A stretch of 64,000 nucleotides of DNA from an uncultured Desulfosarcina sp. (GTDB lineage Bacteria; Desulfobacterota; Desulfobacteria; Desulfobacterales; Desulfosarcinaceae): the NCBI GenBank assembly GCA_963674945.2, contig CAXXWQ010000004.1, positions 3,262,455 through 3,326,454 on the forward strand. The letters run 5' to 3'. The notes under the pieces were generated by a model. The model was not told where the DNA came from. It saw only the letters and a list, made by a program, of their open reading frames with translations, and ran no database searches. Position 1 is the first letter of the stretch; each line of letters starts with the position of its first letter. The translations under genes were made by a program, and so were the position numbers. Shown one piece after another: positions 1 through 9,375 of this stretch.

Positions 1-360
1 GATGCCGGCAAGTTCCTCCTCGGATTCCAGGGCGGCAAACAGTCCGCTATTGAAAAAGATGTGCCCGGCCGGCGTGGCAAAGGCGTTGTACACATCTTCA
101 TGGAGCACATGGAAATGATAGGTAAAGGGTTGCGGTGGCAGGGAAGAAACAATTCGATTGCCCACACGATTGACGTAATCGACGATGATCGGATCATGGA
201 TCAGGGGGAATTGGGCGCGGACGACCTCCATGAACTCCCTGGACATTTCCCGCTCTTCTTGTATGGTGATACAATACCCTTTCGGCACAACGGGGCCCAG
301 GGTGGCAGCGAGAAAAAAAAGCAATACCGACAATGCAAAAATTTTTTTATTTATCAACAT
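1..360 (-). CDS. M48 family metalloprotease (BepA/YfgC-like), 5' part; runs off the window
   Basis: Manual translation: MLINKKIFALSVLLFFLAA (signal peptide)...ITIQEEREMSREF...DYVNRVGNRI...YNAFATPAGHIFFNSGLFAALESEEELAGI, typical of the M48 region before HExxH. Confidence 0.85.
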   Translation of the reverse strand, partial: MLINKKIFALSVLLFFLAATLGPVVPKGYCITIQEEREMSREFMEVVRAQFPLIHDPIIVDYVNRVGNRIVSSLPPQPFTYHFHVLHEDVYNAFATPAGHIFFNSGLFAALESEEELAGI

Positions 361-474
361 TTTAAGTTATTTTAACGGCTACGGTTGAAAGCAGATTTCT
401 CCCTTTCTACAAACTACAATGGCATATTCTAATCTACTTTTCAAACTTCATGTTTTGTGTTAAAGATTTGCACC

Positions 475-1254
475 ATGGCACACACGATATGCATCGCCAA
501 CCAAAAGGGCGGCGTGGGAAAAACCACCACGGCCGTCAATCTCTCCGCCGCACTTGCCGTTTCCGAGAAACGGACGCTTCTGGTGGATTGTGATCCCCAG
601 GCCAATGCGACGACCGGCGTGGGCGTGGATAAAGCCACGCTGGAAAAGACCCTCTATCATGGCCTCATCGGCGATGTCGGTGCCGCCGCGATTATCGTGG
701 ACACCCAGATCGACTCCCTGAAAGTGATGCCGTCCCGCGTGGAGTTGATCGGTTTCGATGTGGAGATGTTAGACGAATCCAATCGGGAACATTCCTTGCG
801 TCGCCTCCTGGCCCAGGTGGAAAGCGACTTCGATTATATCGTTATCGACTGTCCTCCCTCCTTGAGCCTTTTAACGGTAAATGCCATGACGGCCGCCAAT
901 GCCCTTTTGATTCCACTTCAGTGTGAATTTTATGCACTGGAAGGTCTTAGTCAACTCGTCAAGACATTCAAACGCATAAAAAAAGGATTAAATCCGGCAC
1001 TTACCGTTGCCGGTATTTTGCTGACCATGTTCGATCGCCGCACAAATTTGAGCCATCAGGTGGCGCAGGACGCGGAACACCATTTCAAGAACCTGGTATT
1101 CAAAACGATGATTCCCCGTAATGTCCGCCTTGGCGAGGCACCCAGTTACGGCCAACCCATTTTGCTGTACGATGCCACATCACCCGGAGCGGTTAGCTAT
1201 TTTTCCCTGGCCAAGGAGGTGATGGCCGCCAATCACGCCGGACGTGCCGCGTAG
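475..1254 (+). CDS. parA: ParA/Soj chromosome partitioning ATPase
   Basis: NQKGGVGKTT deviant Walker A, DCDPQANAT, IDCPPSL, IPRNVRLGEAPSYG. Confidence 0.95.
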   Translation: MAHTICIANQKGGVGKTTTAVNLSAALAVSEKRTLLVDCDPQANATTGVGVDKATLEKTLYHGLIGDVGAAAIIVDTQIDSLKVMPSRVELIGFDVEMLDESNREHSLRRLLAQVESDFDYIVIDCPPSLSLLTVNAMTAANALLIPLQCEFYALEGLSQLVKTFKRIKKGLNPALTVAGILLTMFDRRTNLSHQVAQDAEHHFKNLVFKTMIPRNVRLGEAPSYGQPILLYDATSPGAVSYFSLAKEVMAANHAGRAA

Positions 1255-1294
1255 CAGCATTCAACCCGTTGACCTTCGGTAATGTAGGATTTTC

Positions 1295-2218
1295 ATGTCG
1301 GCTAAACAAAAGGAAAAGAGCGCCGATGCCGGTGCAAAGAAAAAACGCAAAGCAGCCTTGGGCCGCGGATTAGACGCCCTCATACCGGATTTGGGGAGTG
1401 TTGCGGAACTCAATTCCACGCCAGGTTCGTCGCAAAGTGACTACTTTTTGTGTGAAGTGGATATGATACGGCCGAACCGGTATCAGCCCCGTCGTCGTTT
1501 CTCCGATGAAGAGTTGGCGGAACTGGCCGAATCCGTACGTGTTCAGGGCATCCTTCAACCGCTGCTGGTCCGCAGGGATGAGATTGACGGGTATGAACTG
1601 GTGGCAGGAGAAAGGCGTCTGCGGGCGGCAGCCATGGCCGGCTTAGATCGCGTTCCCGTGGTCGTGAAAGATGTGTCGGACGCCGAGATGCTGGAGATTT
1701 CCATCGTGGAGAACATCCAGCGGGAGAATCTCAATCCGATGGAAGAGGCGAACGCCTACCATCGGCTGATCACCGAGTTTGAGCTGACCCAGGATCAGGC
1801 AGCCGATCGCGTGGGAAAGAGCCGAAGTGCCGTGGCCAACTTCCTCCGTCTCCGGCATCTGCCCGATCCCATCCAATCCAGCATCATGGAGGGGGTCTTG
1901 CGCATGGGCCATGCACGGGCCCTGCTGGGTGCCGAAACACAGGCCAAACAGCAGGCCGCCTTCCGGGAGGTGGTGGCCAAAAAATTGTCTGTGCGCCAAA
2001 CCGAGGCACTGATCAAACGCATCAATGGCGAAAAAAAAACGGCCCAACCGTCTGAATTGACCCCCGAACAGCGGTATTTCAGGGACATTTCCGACGATCT
2101 GTCCCGCCATTACGGCACCCGTGTGCGAATTCATCGAAAGGGAAAAAAGGGCCGGGTCGAAATCGATTTTTTCAACGACGATGACTTGAACCGATTGTTG
2201 GAAATGTTGCGATCATAA
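1295..2218 (+). CDS. parB: ParB/Spo0J partitioning protein
   Basis: ALGRGLDALI, PNRYQPRR, AGERRLRA, ENIQRENL, HTH; follows parA. Confidence 0.95.
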   Translation: MSAKQKEKSADAGAKKKRKAALGRGLDALIPDLGSVAELNSTPGSSQSDYFLCEVDMIRPNRYQPRRRFSDEELAELAESVRVQGILQPLLVRRDEIDGYELVAGERRLRAAAMAGLDRVPVVVKDVSDAEMLEISIVENIQRENLNPMEEANAYHRLITEFELTQDQAADRVGKSRSAVANFLRLRHLPDPIQSSIMEGVLRMGHARALLGAETQAKQQAAFREVVAKKLSVRQTEALIKRINGEKKTAQPSELTPEQRYFRDISDDLSRHYGTRVRIHRKGKKGRVEIDFFNDDDLNRLLEMLRS

Positions 2219-2268
2219 GTGCCCATCCGGAAATGACCTTTTTCTGGACAGACACCGACGAAGATGTA

Positions 2269-2793
2269 ATGGGTGTTCACATCATCATAGATGGTTACAA
2301 CCTGATCCGACAGTCCCCTTCACTGTCGAAAGTGGACCGCCAGGATCTTCAGCTGGGGCGGGAGGCCCTTGTGGCGCTTTTGGTGGCCTACAAGAAAGTC
2401 AAGCCCCATCCCATCACCGTGGTTTTCGACGGAAGCGCCGATCCCTCTCTCTACGGCCCCCGTGATCGTGTCAAGGGAATTTCCATTCGCTACTCCCATG
2501 GCGGAGAGAGTGCAGACGACGTGATTCGGCGAATGGCGCGGCGGGAGAAGGCAAAAGCCCTGGTGGTCAGCAGCGACCGGGCGGTGATGGCCGCCGCCGA
2601 AGCGGCCGGTGCAACGGCGATGCACGCGGCGGACTTTGAAAACAAGATTGCCATGGCCCACTATATGAGCGTGAAAGGCGGAGAGCCGCCGGCCGAGTCC
2701 GAGGGCTGGATTCCCACCACGCGAAAGAAAGGGCCCAGCCGGCGGTTGCCCAAGAGAAAGCGCCGGGCGCTGGCAAGGGCCAAGAAGCTATAA
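2269..2793 (+). CDS. NYN-domain (YacP/Rae1-like) ribonuclease
   Basis: IIIDGYNLI, VVFDG, SADDVI, VVSSDR motifs; alternative start at 2233. Confidence 0.85.
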   Translation: MGVHIIIDGYNLIRQSPSLSKVDRQDLQLGREALVALLVAYKKVKPHPITVVFDGSADPSLYGPRDRVKGISIRYSHGGESADDVIRRMARREKAKALVVSSDRAVMAAAEAAGATAMHAADFENKIAMAHYMSVKGGEPPAESEGWIPTTRKKGPSRRLPKRKRRALARAKKL

Positions 2794-3025
2794 CCTAAAC
2801 TGAGCGTTTCAAATTTCCTTGAACAATGAAATCTCCCGAAATTGTGGAACGATGGCTCAATATTTTCATCGAAAATTTGAAACCCGTTGGGATTGCCGAT
2901 CTCACCACATCTGCGGCGTCAGATGCCTTCCCGCATAGGTGACCATAGCGGAAAGCCATCTTCCTTGTAAATGCGGCAATCTCGACAATCGCTCCGCTTA
3001 GGTATAAAAAAGTCATTTAGGAGTC

Positions 3026-3469
3026 GTGATGTCGCGAACGAATGCGCGTAAAACGATTTGCGTGATTGACGGCCAGGGCGGCGGTATCGGCAGTACGGTC
3101 ATCAAGGCCATCAAGGCCAGATTCGGAGAATCCGTCGAAATCGTTGCCCTGGGGACCAACGCCATCGCCACCGCCCAGATGTTAAAGGCAAGGGCAAACC
3201 GCGGGGCCTCGGGTGAAAACGCCATCGTGCGAACGGTGGCAGGGGTGGACGTGGTGGTCGGCACTTTGGGTATCATGCTCGCCCACGCCATGATGGGAGA
3301 GGTGACGCCGAAGATGGCCGAGGCGGTCAGTGGCTGTGATGCCGTCAAACTCATTCTGCCCATTTTCCAGGAGAACGTTCAATTGATCGGGGCTTCGGAT
3401 GATCCGCTGCCCCACCTGGTCGAAGCCATGGTGAACGACCACCTTGCACCATTGCTGGAGAATCGTTAA
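3026..3469 (+). CDS. DUF3842 family protein
   Basis: VIDGQGGGIG, ALGTNAIAT.MLKA.A.RGASGENA, MMGEVTPKMAEAV. Confidence 0.8.
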   Translation: MMSRTNARKTICVIDGQGGGIGSTVIKAIKARFGESVEIVALGTNAIATAQMLKARANRGASGENAIVRTVAGVDVVVGTLGIMLAHAMMGEVTPKMAEAVSGCDAVKLILPIFQENVQLIGASDDPLPHLVEAMVNDHLAPLLENR

Positions 3470-3475
3470 TTGGTA

Positions 3476-3619
3476 GAGGCGATTTCAAAATGTTCAATCG
3501 GGTTCAAGATCAAGGCGGGGTGAGGTGGTCAACCGCAAACATACATTTCGTATTTCGAGGATTGGACAGGTCGCCCCAACGCCGATATTGAGCCCGAGGG
3601 AGCGTTTTGGAATTGCCTC
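3476..3619. repeat. Palindromic intergenic repeat (MITE/REP-like), core family copy
   Basis: Terminal inverted repeats GAGGCGATTTCAAAATG / CGTTTTGGAATTGCCTC; core AGATCAAGGC...AACGCCGATAT shared with other copies. Confidence 0.75.
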
Positions 3620-3640
3620 GATAGGAAAGGATGAATTAAG

Positions 3641-3838
3641 ATGTGCGAGGCCAATGCATACCTACTCTCCGACGGAGAAGAGACACTCGTCATGGAGTCG
3701 GTGGATTACGTCCTGCCGGAAGGGGACGGTCTGAAGCTGGTGAATATCTTTGGTGAACAAAAATTTCTCAAAGCCGCCATTCACTCCCTATCTCTTGTGG
3801 ATCACAAGGTGTTTCTCAAATCCGTGGAGAGACGCTAA
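3641..3838 (+). CDS. CooT family nickel-binding protein
   Basis: MCEANAY...VMESVD...LVNIFGEQK...SLVDHKV; RBS AAGGA. Confidence 0.85.
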   Translation: MCEANAYLLSDGEETLVMESVDYVLPEGDGLKLVNIFGEQKFLKAAIHSLSLVDHKVFLKSVERR

Positions 3839-3857
3839 CCGATCCAAAGAGTGATCC

Positions 3858-5591
3858 ATGAAGATCGAAATCGCTAAGACCGCCGGTTTTTGCATGGGTG
3901 TGAGAAGGGCCGTGGACATGGTCCTGGATGCCCCGGCAAAACATATGGCGCCCATCTATACTTACGGTCCCTTGATACACAACCCACAGGTCCTCTCCAT
4001 GTTCGAGCGGCGTGGCATATCGGTGTTGGAACGGATTCCGGAGAGGGGGACCGGTACGGTCCTGGTTCGTGCTCACGGGGTGCCGCCCGAAGAGAAACAG
4101 GGTCTTGCGGATGCCGGTTTCACCGTGGTGGACGCCACCTGTCCCCGGGTCATTCGCGTACAGACCATCATCCGGGTCCACGCCCGAAAGGGATATGCAG
4201 TCATCATCGTCGGCGACCGGGACCATCCCGAGGTGGTGGGGCTCATGGGGTATGCCGGTGAATTCGGGCATGTGGTCAGTTCCATGGTGGAGCTTTCGGC
4301 CCTGCCCGCCTTCGAGAAAGCCATCATCGTCGCCCAGACGACACAGAACACACGATTGTACGACCAGGTAAAGGCCTGGGCCGCCACGACGTATCCCCAT
4401 TACAAAACCTTCGATACCATCTGCGATTCCACGGAAAAACGGCAGGCGGAGGCAAAGCGACTGGCGAGCCGGGTGGATGCCGTCATCGTTGTGGGAGGGA
4501 AACAGAGCGGAAACACCCAGCGACTGGCGGAAATCGCCGCGGAAACGGGGAAACCGTCTTTTCACGTGGAGACCGAGGCCGAACTGCCATCGTGTGATCT
4601 GGAGCATGCGGCCCATGTCGGCATCACCGCCGGTGCCTCCACACCCAACTGGCTCATCAAGCGGGTGTATCGGGAACTGGAGCGACTGCCGACGCAACGC
4701 CAGTCCCGTGTGGCCAAAACCCTGTACGCCACCATGAGATCCCTATTGTTGACCAATGTCCTGGTGGCCATGGGCGCAGGAAGCCTCTGTTTTTCCTGCA
4801 CGCGGCTTTTGGGGGTCTCTCCGGCGATTTTCCCGGTGGCGATGGCGATGCTCTACGTATTGTCCATGCATATGCTGAACCATCTCACCGGAACGGCAGA
4901 GGACCAGTACAATGATCCTGAACGCGCTCAATTTTACAGCCAATACAAGGTTTTTCTGGCCATCATGGCCATCGTCGCCGGAGGGCTGGGAATTCTGAGC
5001 GCTTCGGCCATGGGAAGCGCCTCCTTCGTGATCCTGTTGGTGATGAGTTTTCTGGGGCTTTCCTACAATCTATATTGGATCCCCAAAGGATTGGGGCTCA
5101 GGTTCCGGCGCATCAAGGACATTCCCGGCTCCAAGACCTTTCTCATCGCCGTTGCCTGGGGCGTGGTGGTGGCACTGCTTCCCGGTATCGCGGACAAGGG
5201 GAAGTTGACCCTTTCCATCTTCTGTGTTTTCCTGTGGGCCACGGCCCTGGTGTTGGCCCGCACCGCATTTTTTGATTTGCTGGACATTCAGGGGGATCGA
5301 CTCGTGGGCAAGGAGACCATACCCATCTTGTTGGGAACGCGCAAAACAGTGGTCCTCTTAAAGGGTATCCTCACCTTTTGTATCGTCCAGCCCGCCCTTT
5401 TGGCCGCCTTGGGGCTGATATCATCGTTGGGGTTTATCCTGGCCCTTATTCCCATTGGCATGCTGCTGATCGTGGATACCTATGAGAATGAACGCATACA
5501 GCCGGGAATGCGCCTGGAGTTTTTCGTGGAGAGCCTGTTTTTTTTGTCGGGCGTCATCACATTGCTGTGGATGGTCGTAGCCTCCCCATGA
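3858..5591 (+). CDS. ispH: IspH (HMBPP reductase) fused to a C-terminal UbiA-type membrane prenyltransferase domain
   Basis: AGFCMGVRRA, VRAHG, DATCP, QTT, TICDST, SGNT, GITAGASTP; then many TM helices with NHLTG..EDQYNDPER and DLLDIQGD. Confidence 0.9.
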   Translation: MKIEIAKTAGFCMGVRRAVDMVLDAPAKHMAPIYTYGPLIHNPQVLSMFERRGISVLERIPERGTGTVLVRAHGVPPEEKQGLADAGFTVVDATCPRVIRVQTIIRVHARKGYAVIIVGDRDHPEVVGLMGYAGEFGHVVSSMVELSALPAFEKAIIVAQTTQNTRLYDQVKAWAATTYPHYKTFDTICDSTEKRQAEAKRLASRVDAVIVVGGKQSGNTQRLAEIAAETGKPSFHVETEAELPSCDLEHAAHVGITAGASTPNWLIKRVYRELERLPTQRQSRVAKTLYATMRSLLLTNVLVAMGAGSLCFSCTRLLGVSPAIFPVAMAMLYVLSMHMLNHLTGTAEDQYNDPERAQFYSQYKVFLAIMAIVAGGLGILSASAMGSASFVILLVMSFLGLSYNLYWIPKGLGLRFRRIKDIPGSKTFLIAVAWGVVVALLPGIADKGKLTLSIFCVFLWATALVLARTAFFDLLDIQGDRLVGKETIPILLGTRKTVVLLKGILTFCIVQPALLAALGLISSLGFILALIPIGMLLIVDTYENERIQPGMRLEFFVESLFFLSGVITLLWMVVASP

Positions 5592-5606
5592 TCGGGTGAT
5601 GGAACA

Positions 5607-8090
5607 ATGAACAGCGAGAATCGCGAACTGGGGCTTGCCGAAGAATTCATCCGGGATACCGGCTGCCATCTTTTTTTAACGGGCAGGGCGGGAACCGGCA
5701 AGACAACCTTTCTGCGCAAGCTGAAGCGAGAAAATCCCAAACGTCTGGTGGTGACGGCGCCTACGGGTGTGGCGGCCATCAACGCTGGCGGCGTTACCCT
5801 TCACTCCTTCTTTCAATTGCCCTTCGGCCCCTTTGTCCCAGGTGGTGAAGAGACCCGGTTGCGGTATCGCGTGAGCCGGCAGAAGATCGACATCATCAAG
5901 AGTCTTGACCTGTTGATCATCGACGAGATCAGCATGGTGCGGGCAGATCTGCTGGATGGTGTGGACCAGGTCCTGCGCCACTACCGCCGCAGTGATCGAC
6001 CCTTCGGCGGGATTCAGTTGCTGATGATCGGCGACCTTTTCCAGCTCCCGCCCGTTGTGAAGGAAACGGATTGGCAAATCCTTCGTCCTTTTTACGATTC
6101 TCCCTATTTTTTCTGCAGTAACGCCCTGTCCGCAGCGAAGATGGTGACCATTGAGTTGACGCACATCTATCGCCAGACGGACAGCCGTTTCATCGACATT
6201 CTCAATCGTGTTCGAAGCGGAACGCTTGACCAATGGGCACTGGCAGCCCTCAATGATCGGTGCAGCGCAGCGTGTCAGGCCAACGCCGGTGAGGGGTATA
6301 TCACCCTTTCCACCCACAACCGAAGCGTCGATGGTATCAATTCCCAGCGGCTCGACGCGCTAAAGGGGAATCCGCACGCCTTCGCTGCCGAAATCGAAGG
6401 GGACTTTCCCCAGCAGGCCTACCCCACACCGGCCACTCTCAGGATCAAGCCGGGGGCACAGGTAATGTTCGTTCGAAATGACAATTCGCCGGAAAAAAGG
6501 TATTTCAACGGGAAGATCGGAACGGTGGTTGACATCGACGGCGATGCGATTCATGTGCAATGCCAAGACGATGCGGAGGCCATTTGGGTCGAGCCCGTCA
6601 CCTGGGAAAACATCGAGTATTCCCTGAACCAGGAAAACAACGAGATCAGCGAAACAACCATCGGCACATTCACCCAATACCCCCTTCGGCTGGCCTGGGC
6701 CGTCACCATTCACAAGAGCCAGGGGCTTACTTTCGATCAAGCCATTATCGACGCACAGGCCGCCTTCGCCCATGGACAGGTATATGTGGCCCTGAGCCGA
6801 TGCCGGACACTGGAGGGGATGGTCCTGTCGACACCCATTCGTCGGCAGGCGTTGATGGTCGATCCCATCGTCCAGAATTTCGACCGACAAGCCCGGCAAA
6901 ATCCGCCCGGCAAAACGCTGCTGATGGAGGAAAAGAAGCGATACCAGGAGCAACTGCTGGTCCAATGCTTCGACTTTACCGCACTTCGAAGACTCCTGGG
7001 GCGTTTCGTCGGTCTGGTTCTGGGAAATGCCCAGCGTATCCACCTGACAGGCGTCGACGACCTAAGAGAGGCACAAACAGCCTGTGAAACAGAGATCTTT
7101 ACTATCGGAGACAAGTTCATCCGACAGCTGCAAGGACTTATATCCGACGATACACTGCCGGCGGATGATCCCGCGGTTCTGGACCGGATCGCAAAGGCGT
7201 CGGCCTATTTTCAGGAAAAGATCGATCAGTGCCTCGTTTCTATACTTACGCGTATTGGCTGGGAGACGGACAACACCGCTTTAAAAACCAAGGCCAACCG
7301 GTTTTTCAAACTTCTTCGGGAAGAGACGGCAAAAAAAAGTGCCGGTGTGAAGAGCTGTGCGGACGGTTTCTCGCCCACAAATTACTTTCGGGCCGTTTCC
7401 GCAGCGGCCGTCGCCGACGCCAGGGACGGCAAATCCGTGGCGCCGCCACCATTGTATGACGAAACGGATATTTCCCATCCGGAATTGTTCCGGACCCTGA
7501 AGGAGTGGAGAAGCGATCAGGCAAAGGCGGAAGGCATCGCCAATTACCAGGTGCTTCACCAGAAGACCCTGATTCAGATCGCCATCCATTTGCCCGGTAG
7601 CCTTTCGGATCTGAAAAAGATCCACGGTATCGGAAAACAACTGACAAAACGCTATGGTCAGGCGCTGGTTGAAATGGTGAACGCGTATCGGGAAAAGTAC
7701 CGGATCGATTCTGTACACCTGCCTCCATCTTCCCCGGAGAGAAAAGAATCCGACGGTTCCCAAAAGCCGGAAAAATCCAAGACGGCCAAGATCGATACCA
7801 AACAGGCAACCCTGGATCTCTTCGAAAAGGGGCTTTCCCTGCCACAGATCGCCGAGCGGCGGGGATTGATGGTTGCCACCATCGAGGGTCACATGGCCCA
7901 TTGGGTAAAGCGCGGCGATGTGGCCGTCGACCGTCTGGTTTCGTCTGAAAAACGACGCCTCATCGAACAGGCGGTTTCGCAGTTGCCGGGAAGATCCATG
8001 AAGGAGATCAAGACGTTTCTCGGCGCCGATGTTTCCTACGGCGAGATCAAATTGGTGCAGGCGCATCTTGCCAGGCAAATCAATCCATGA
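5607..8090 (+). CDS. PIF1/RecD-like helicase with HRDC and C-terminal HTH domains
   Basis: GRAGTGKTT, IIDEISM, AVTIHKSQGLT, YVALSR; LKEWR..AKAEG...Y.V HRDC; IAERRGL..TIEGH HTH. Confidence 0.85.
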   Translation: MNSENRELGLAEEFIRDTGCHLFLTGRAGTGKTTFLRKLKRENPKRLVVTAPTGVAAINAGGVTLHSFFQLPFGPFVPGGEETRLRYRVSRQKIDIIKSLDLLIIDEISMVRADLLDGVDQVLRHYRRSDRPFGGIQLLMIGDLFQLPPVVKETDWQILRPFYDSPYFFCSNALSAAKMVTIELTHIYRQTDSRFIDILNRVRSGTLDQWALAALNDRCSAACQANAGEGYITLSTHNRSVDGINSQRLDALKGNPHAFAAEIEGDFPQQAYPTPATLRIKPGAQVMFVRNDNSPEKRYFNGKIGTVVDIDGDAIHVQCQDDAEAIWVEPVTWENIEYSLNQENNEISETTIGTFTQYPLRLAWAVTIHKSQGLTFDQAIIDAQAAFAHGQVYVALSRCRTLEGMVLSTPIRRQALMVDPIVQNFDRQARQNPPGKTLLMEEKKRYQEQLLVQCFDFTALRRLLGRFVGLVLGNAQRIHLTGVDDLREAQTACETEIFTIGDKFIRQLQGLISDDTLPADDPAVLDRIAKASAYFQEKIDQCLVSILTRIGWETDNTALKTKANRFFKLLREETAKKSAGVKSCADGFSPTNYFRAVSAAAVADARDGKSVAPPPLYDETDISHPELFRTLKEWRSDQAKAEGIANYQVLHQKTLIQIAIHLPGSLSDLKKIHGIGKQLTKRYGQALVEMVNAYREKYRIDSVHLPPSSPERKESDGSQKPEKSKTAKIDTKQATLDLFEKGLSLPQIAERRGLMVATIEGHMAHWVKRGDVAVDRLVSSEKRRLIEQAVSQLPGRSMKEIKTFLGADVSYGEIKLVQAHLARQINP

Positions 8091-8162
8091 CGGTTTCGTA
8101 AAAAGCTTCCAAGGAACTCGTTTATTATTCCAATTAAAAAGGACCTTTTTACGAGTTCATCA
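8088..8162. repeat. Short palindromic repeat element beginning at the helicase stop codon
   Basis: TGACGGTTTCGTAAAAAG ... CTTTTTACGAGTTCATCA inverted ends; interior is the reverse complement of a module in the 38.5 kb and 56.6 kb repeats. Confidence 0.75.
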
Positions 8163-8190
8163 ATCCGTTAACCCCGGAAAAGGGGACAGC

Positions 8191-8901
8191 ATGATGCCTA
8201 CGACCATTCTCTTCGTGGATGATGACACGAAACTTCTAAAGTTGCTGAAAGAGTATTTTCATGCCAAGGGATTCGAATTGGTTACGGCGATTTCCGGAAG
8301 CCAGGGGCTCGCTTTTTTGAAACGTTCGACTTTCGACATCGTAATCCTGGACCTCATGCTCCCGGAAATGGACGGTTTCGAGACCCTTTCGGCCATAAAA
8401 CAGATATCCGACGTCCCCGTGATCATGCTCACCGCCCTGGAGGACGAAACCGACCGCATCGTCGGTTTGGAGATGGGTGCAGACGACTATCTACACAAAC
8501 CCATCAACCCGCGGGAGCTTATGGCAAGAATCAAGGCGGTGCTGCGTCGGGCCGGACAAACCAAGCATCTTCATCATCCGGACCAGGCTACGGATCAACG
8601 GCGGTTGGAAAGCATGGGGATCGTCGTCGACACGGCCCGACGGCGGGTGCGCTTGAAAAACGAGATCATCGACCTGTCCACGGTGGAGTTCGATATTCTA
8701 TGTGCGCTGATCCAATCCGAGGGACGCGTCGTTACCAGGGAACGTCTCATGGATATGGCCAGGGGACGCGCCTTCGAAGCCTTTGACCGTTCCATCGATG
8801 TCCACATCAGCCGTATCCGCAAAAAGATAGAGGATGATCCTGCAAGACCGGCCCGGATCAAGACGGTTTGGGGTAAGGGGTACATGTGGCCGGGGGACTG
8901 A
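8191..8901 (+). CDS. OmpR/CpxR-family response regulator
   Basis: VDDD, LDLMLPEMDG, GADDYLHKP, FDRSIDVHISRIRKKI, IKTVWGKGY. Confidence 0.92.
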   Translation: MMPTTILFVDDDTKLLKLLKEYFHAKGFELVTAISGSQGLAFLKRSTFDIVILDLMLPEMDGFETLSAIKQISDVPVIMLTALEDETDRIVGLEMGADDYLHKPINPRELMARIKAVLRRAGQTKHLHHPDQATDQRRLESMGIVVDTARRRVRLKNEIIDLSTVEFDILCALIQSEGRVVTRERLMDMARGRAFEAFDRSIDVHISRIRKKIEDDPARPARIKTVWGKGYMWPGD

Positions 8902-8916
8902 ACCAAAATCTATCGA

Positions 8917-9375
8917 TTACTCGGATTTTTCGCCGAGCGATGATTGGGCAAACAGAGTACGAATTTTCTCCATGCGTTTTCGGTTCGCCCCCAGATCCCC
9001 GTACCCCACCCGGGATGCCGATCTCATGTGAATCACCTGCTCATGATGAGGAATCAAAAATTCCACATCATCCACGAATTTCATGATCCGGGTCTTGAAT
9101 TCGGCGTGGATGTAACCCTCCTCTTCCCGGACGATGGTCGCTCCTTTACAATCGGACACGATTTTCCGGATCCGGGCGATGGCTTCGTCTCTATCGCCCT
9201 GGTAGACGATCGGATCGATGGCGTGTTTTCCGTCTCCATTCATGCTTACCACACAGTTCGGGCTGTTGGGACACGGCCGAAGAGTACCGTCGACCAAACC
9301 GACGCCCGGGGAAGTGCAACCGGAAAAGAGGGTCAGCAACACGCAAAACTGAAATGGCATCGATGGATTTTTCAT
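8917..9375 (-). CDS. DUF1499 family lipoprotein
   Basis: LFSGC lipobox; PCPNSPNCV, FVDDVEF, RSASRVGYGDLGANRKR. Confidence 0.85.
   Translation of the reverse strand: MKNPSMPFQFCVLLTLFSGCTSPGVGLVDGTLRPCPNSPNCVVSMNGDGKHAIDPIVYQGDRDEAIARIRKIVSDCKGATIVREEEGYIHAEFKTRIMKFVDDVEFLIPHHEQVIHMRSASRVGYGDLGANRKRMEKIRTLFAQSSLGEKSE

Noticed and set aside
4558..4573. Possible parS site near parAB (TTTTCACGTGGAGAC); also a half-site near 31011
   Set aside because: Too many mismatches to TGTTTCACGTGAAACA and not palindromic.
8029..8190. N-terminal extensions of ORFs starting at 8029, 42311, 45983, 51085 and 56776
   Set aside because: They run through repeats, upstream genes or intergenic DNA; downstream ATGs fit the family lengths and, where visible, RBS placement.
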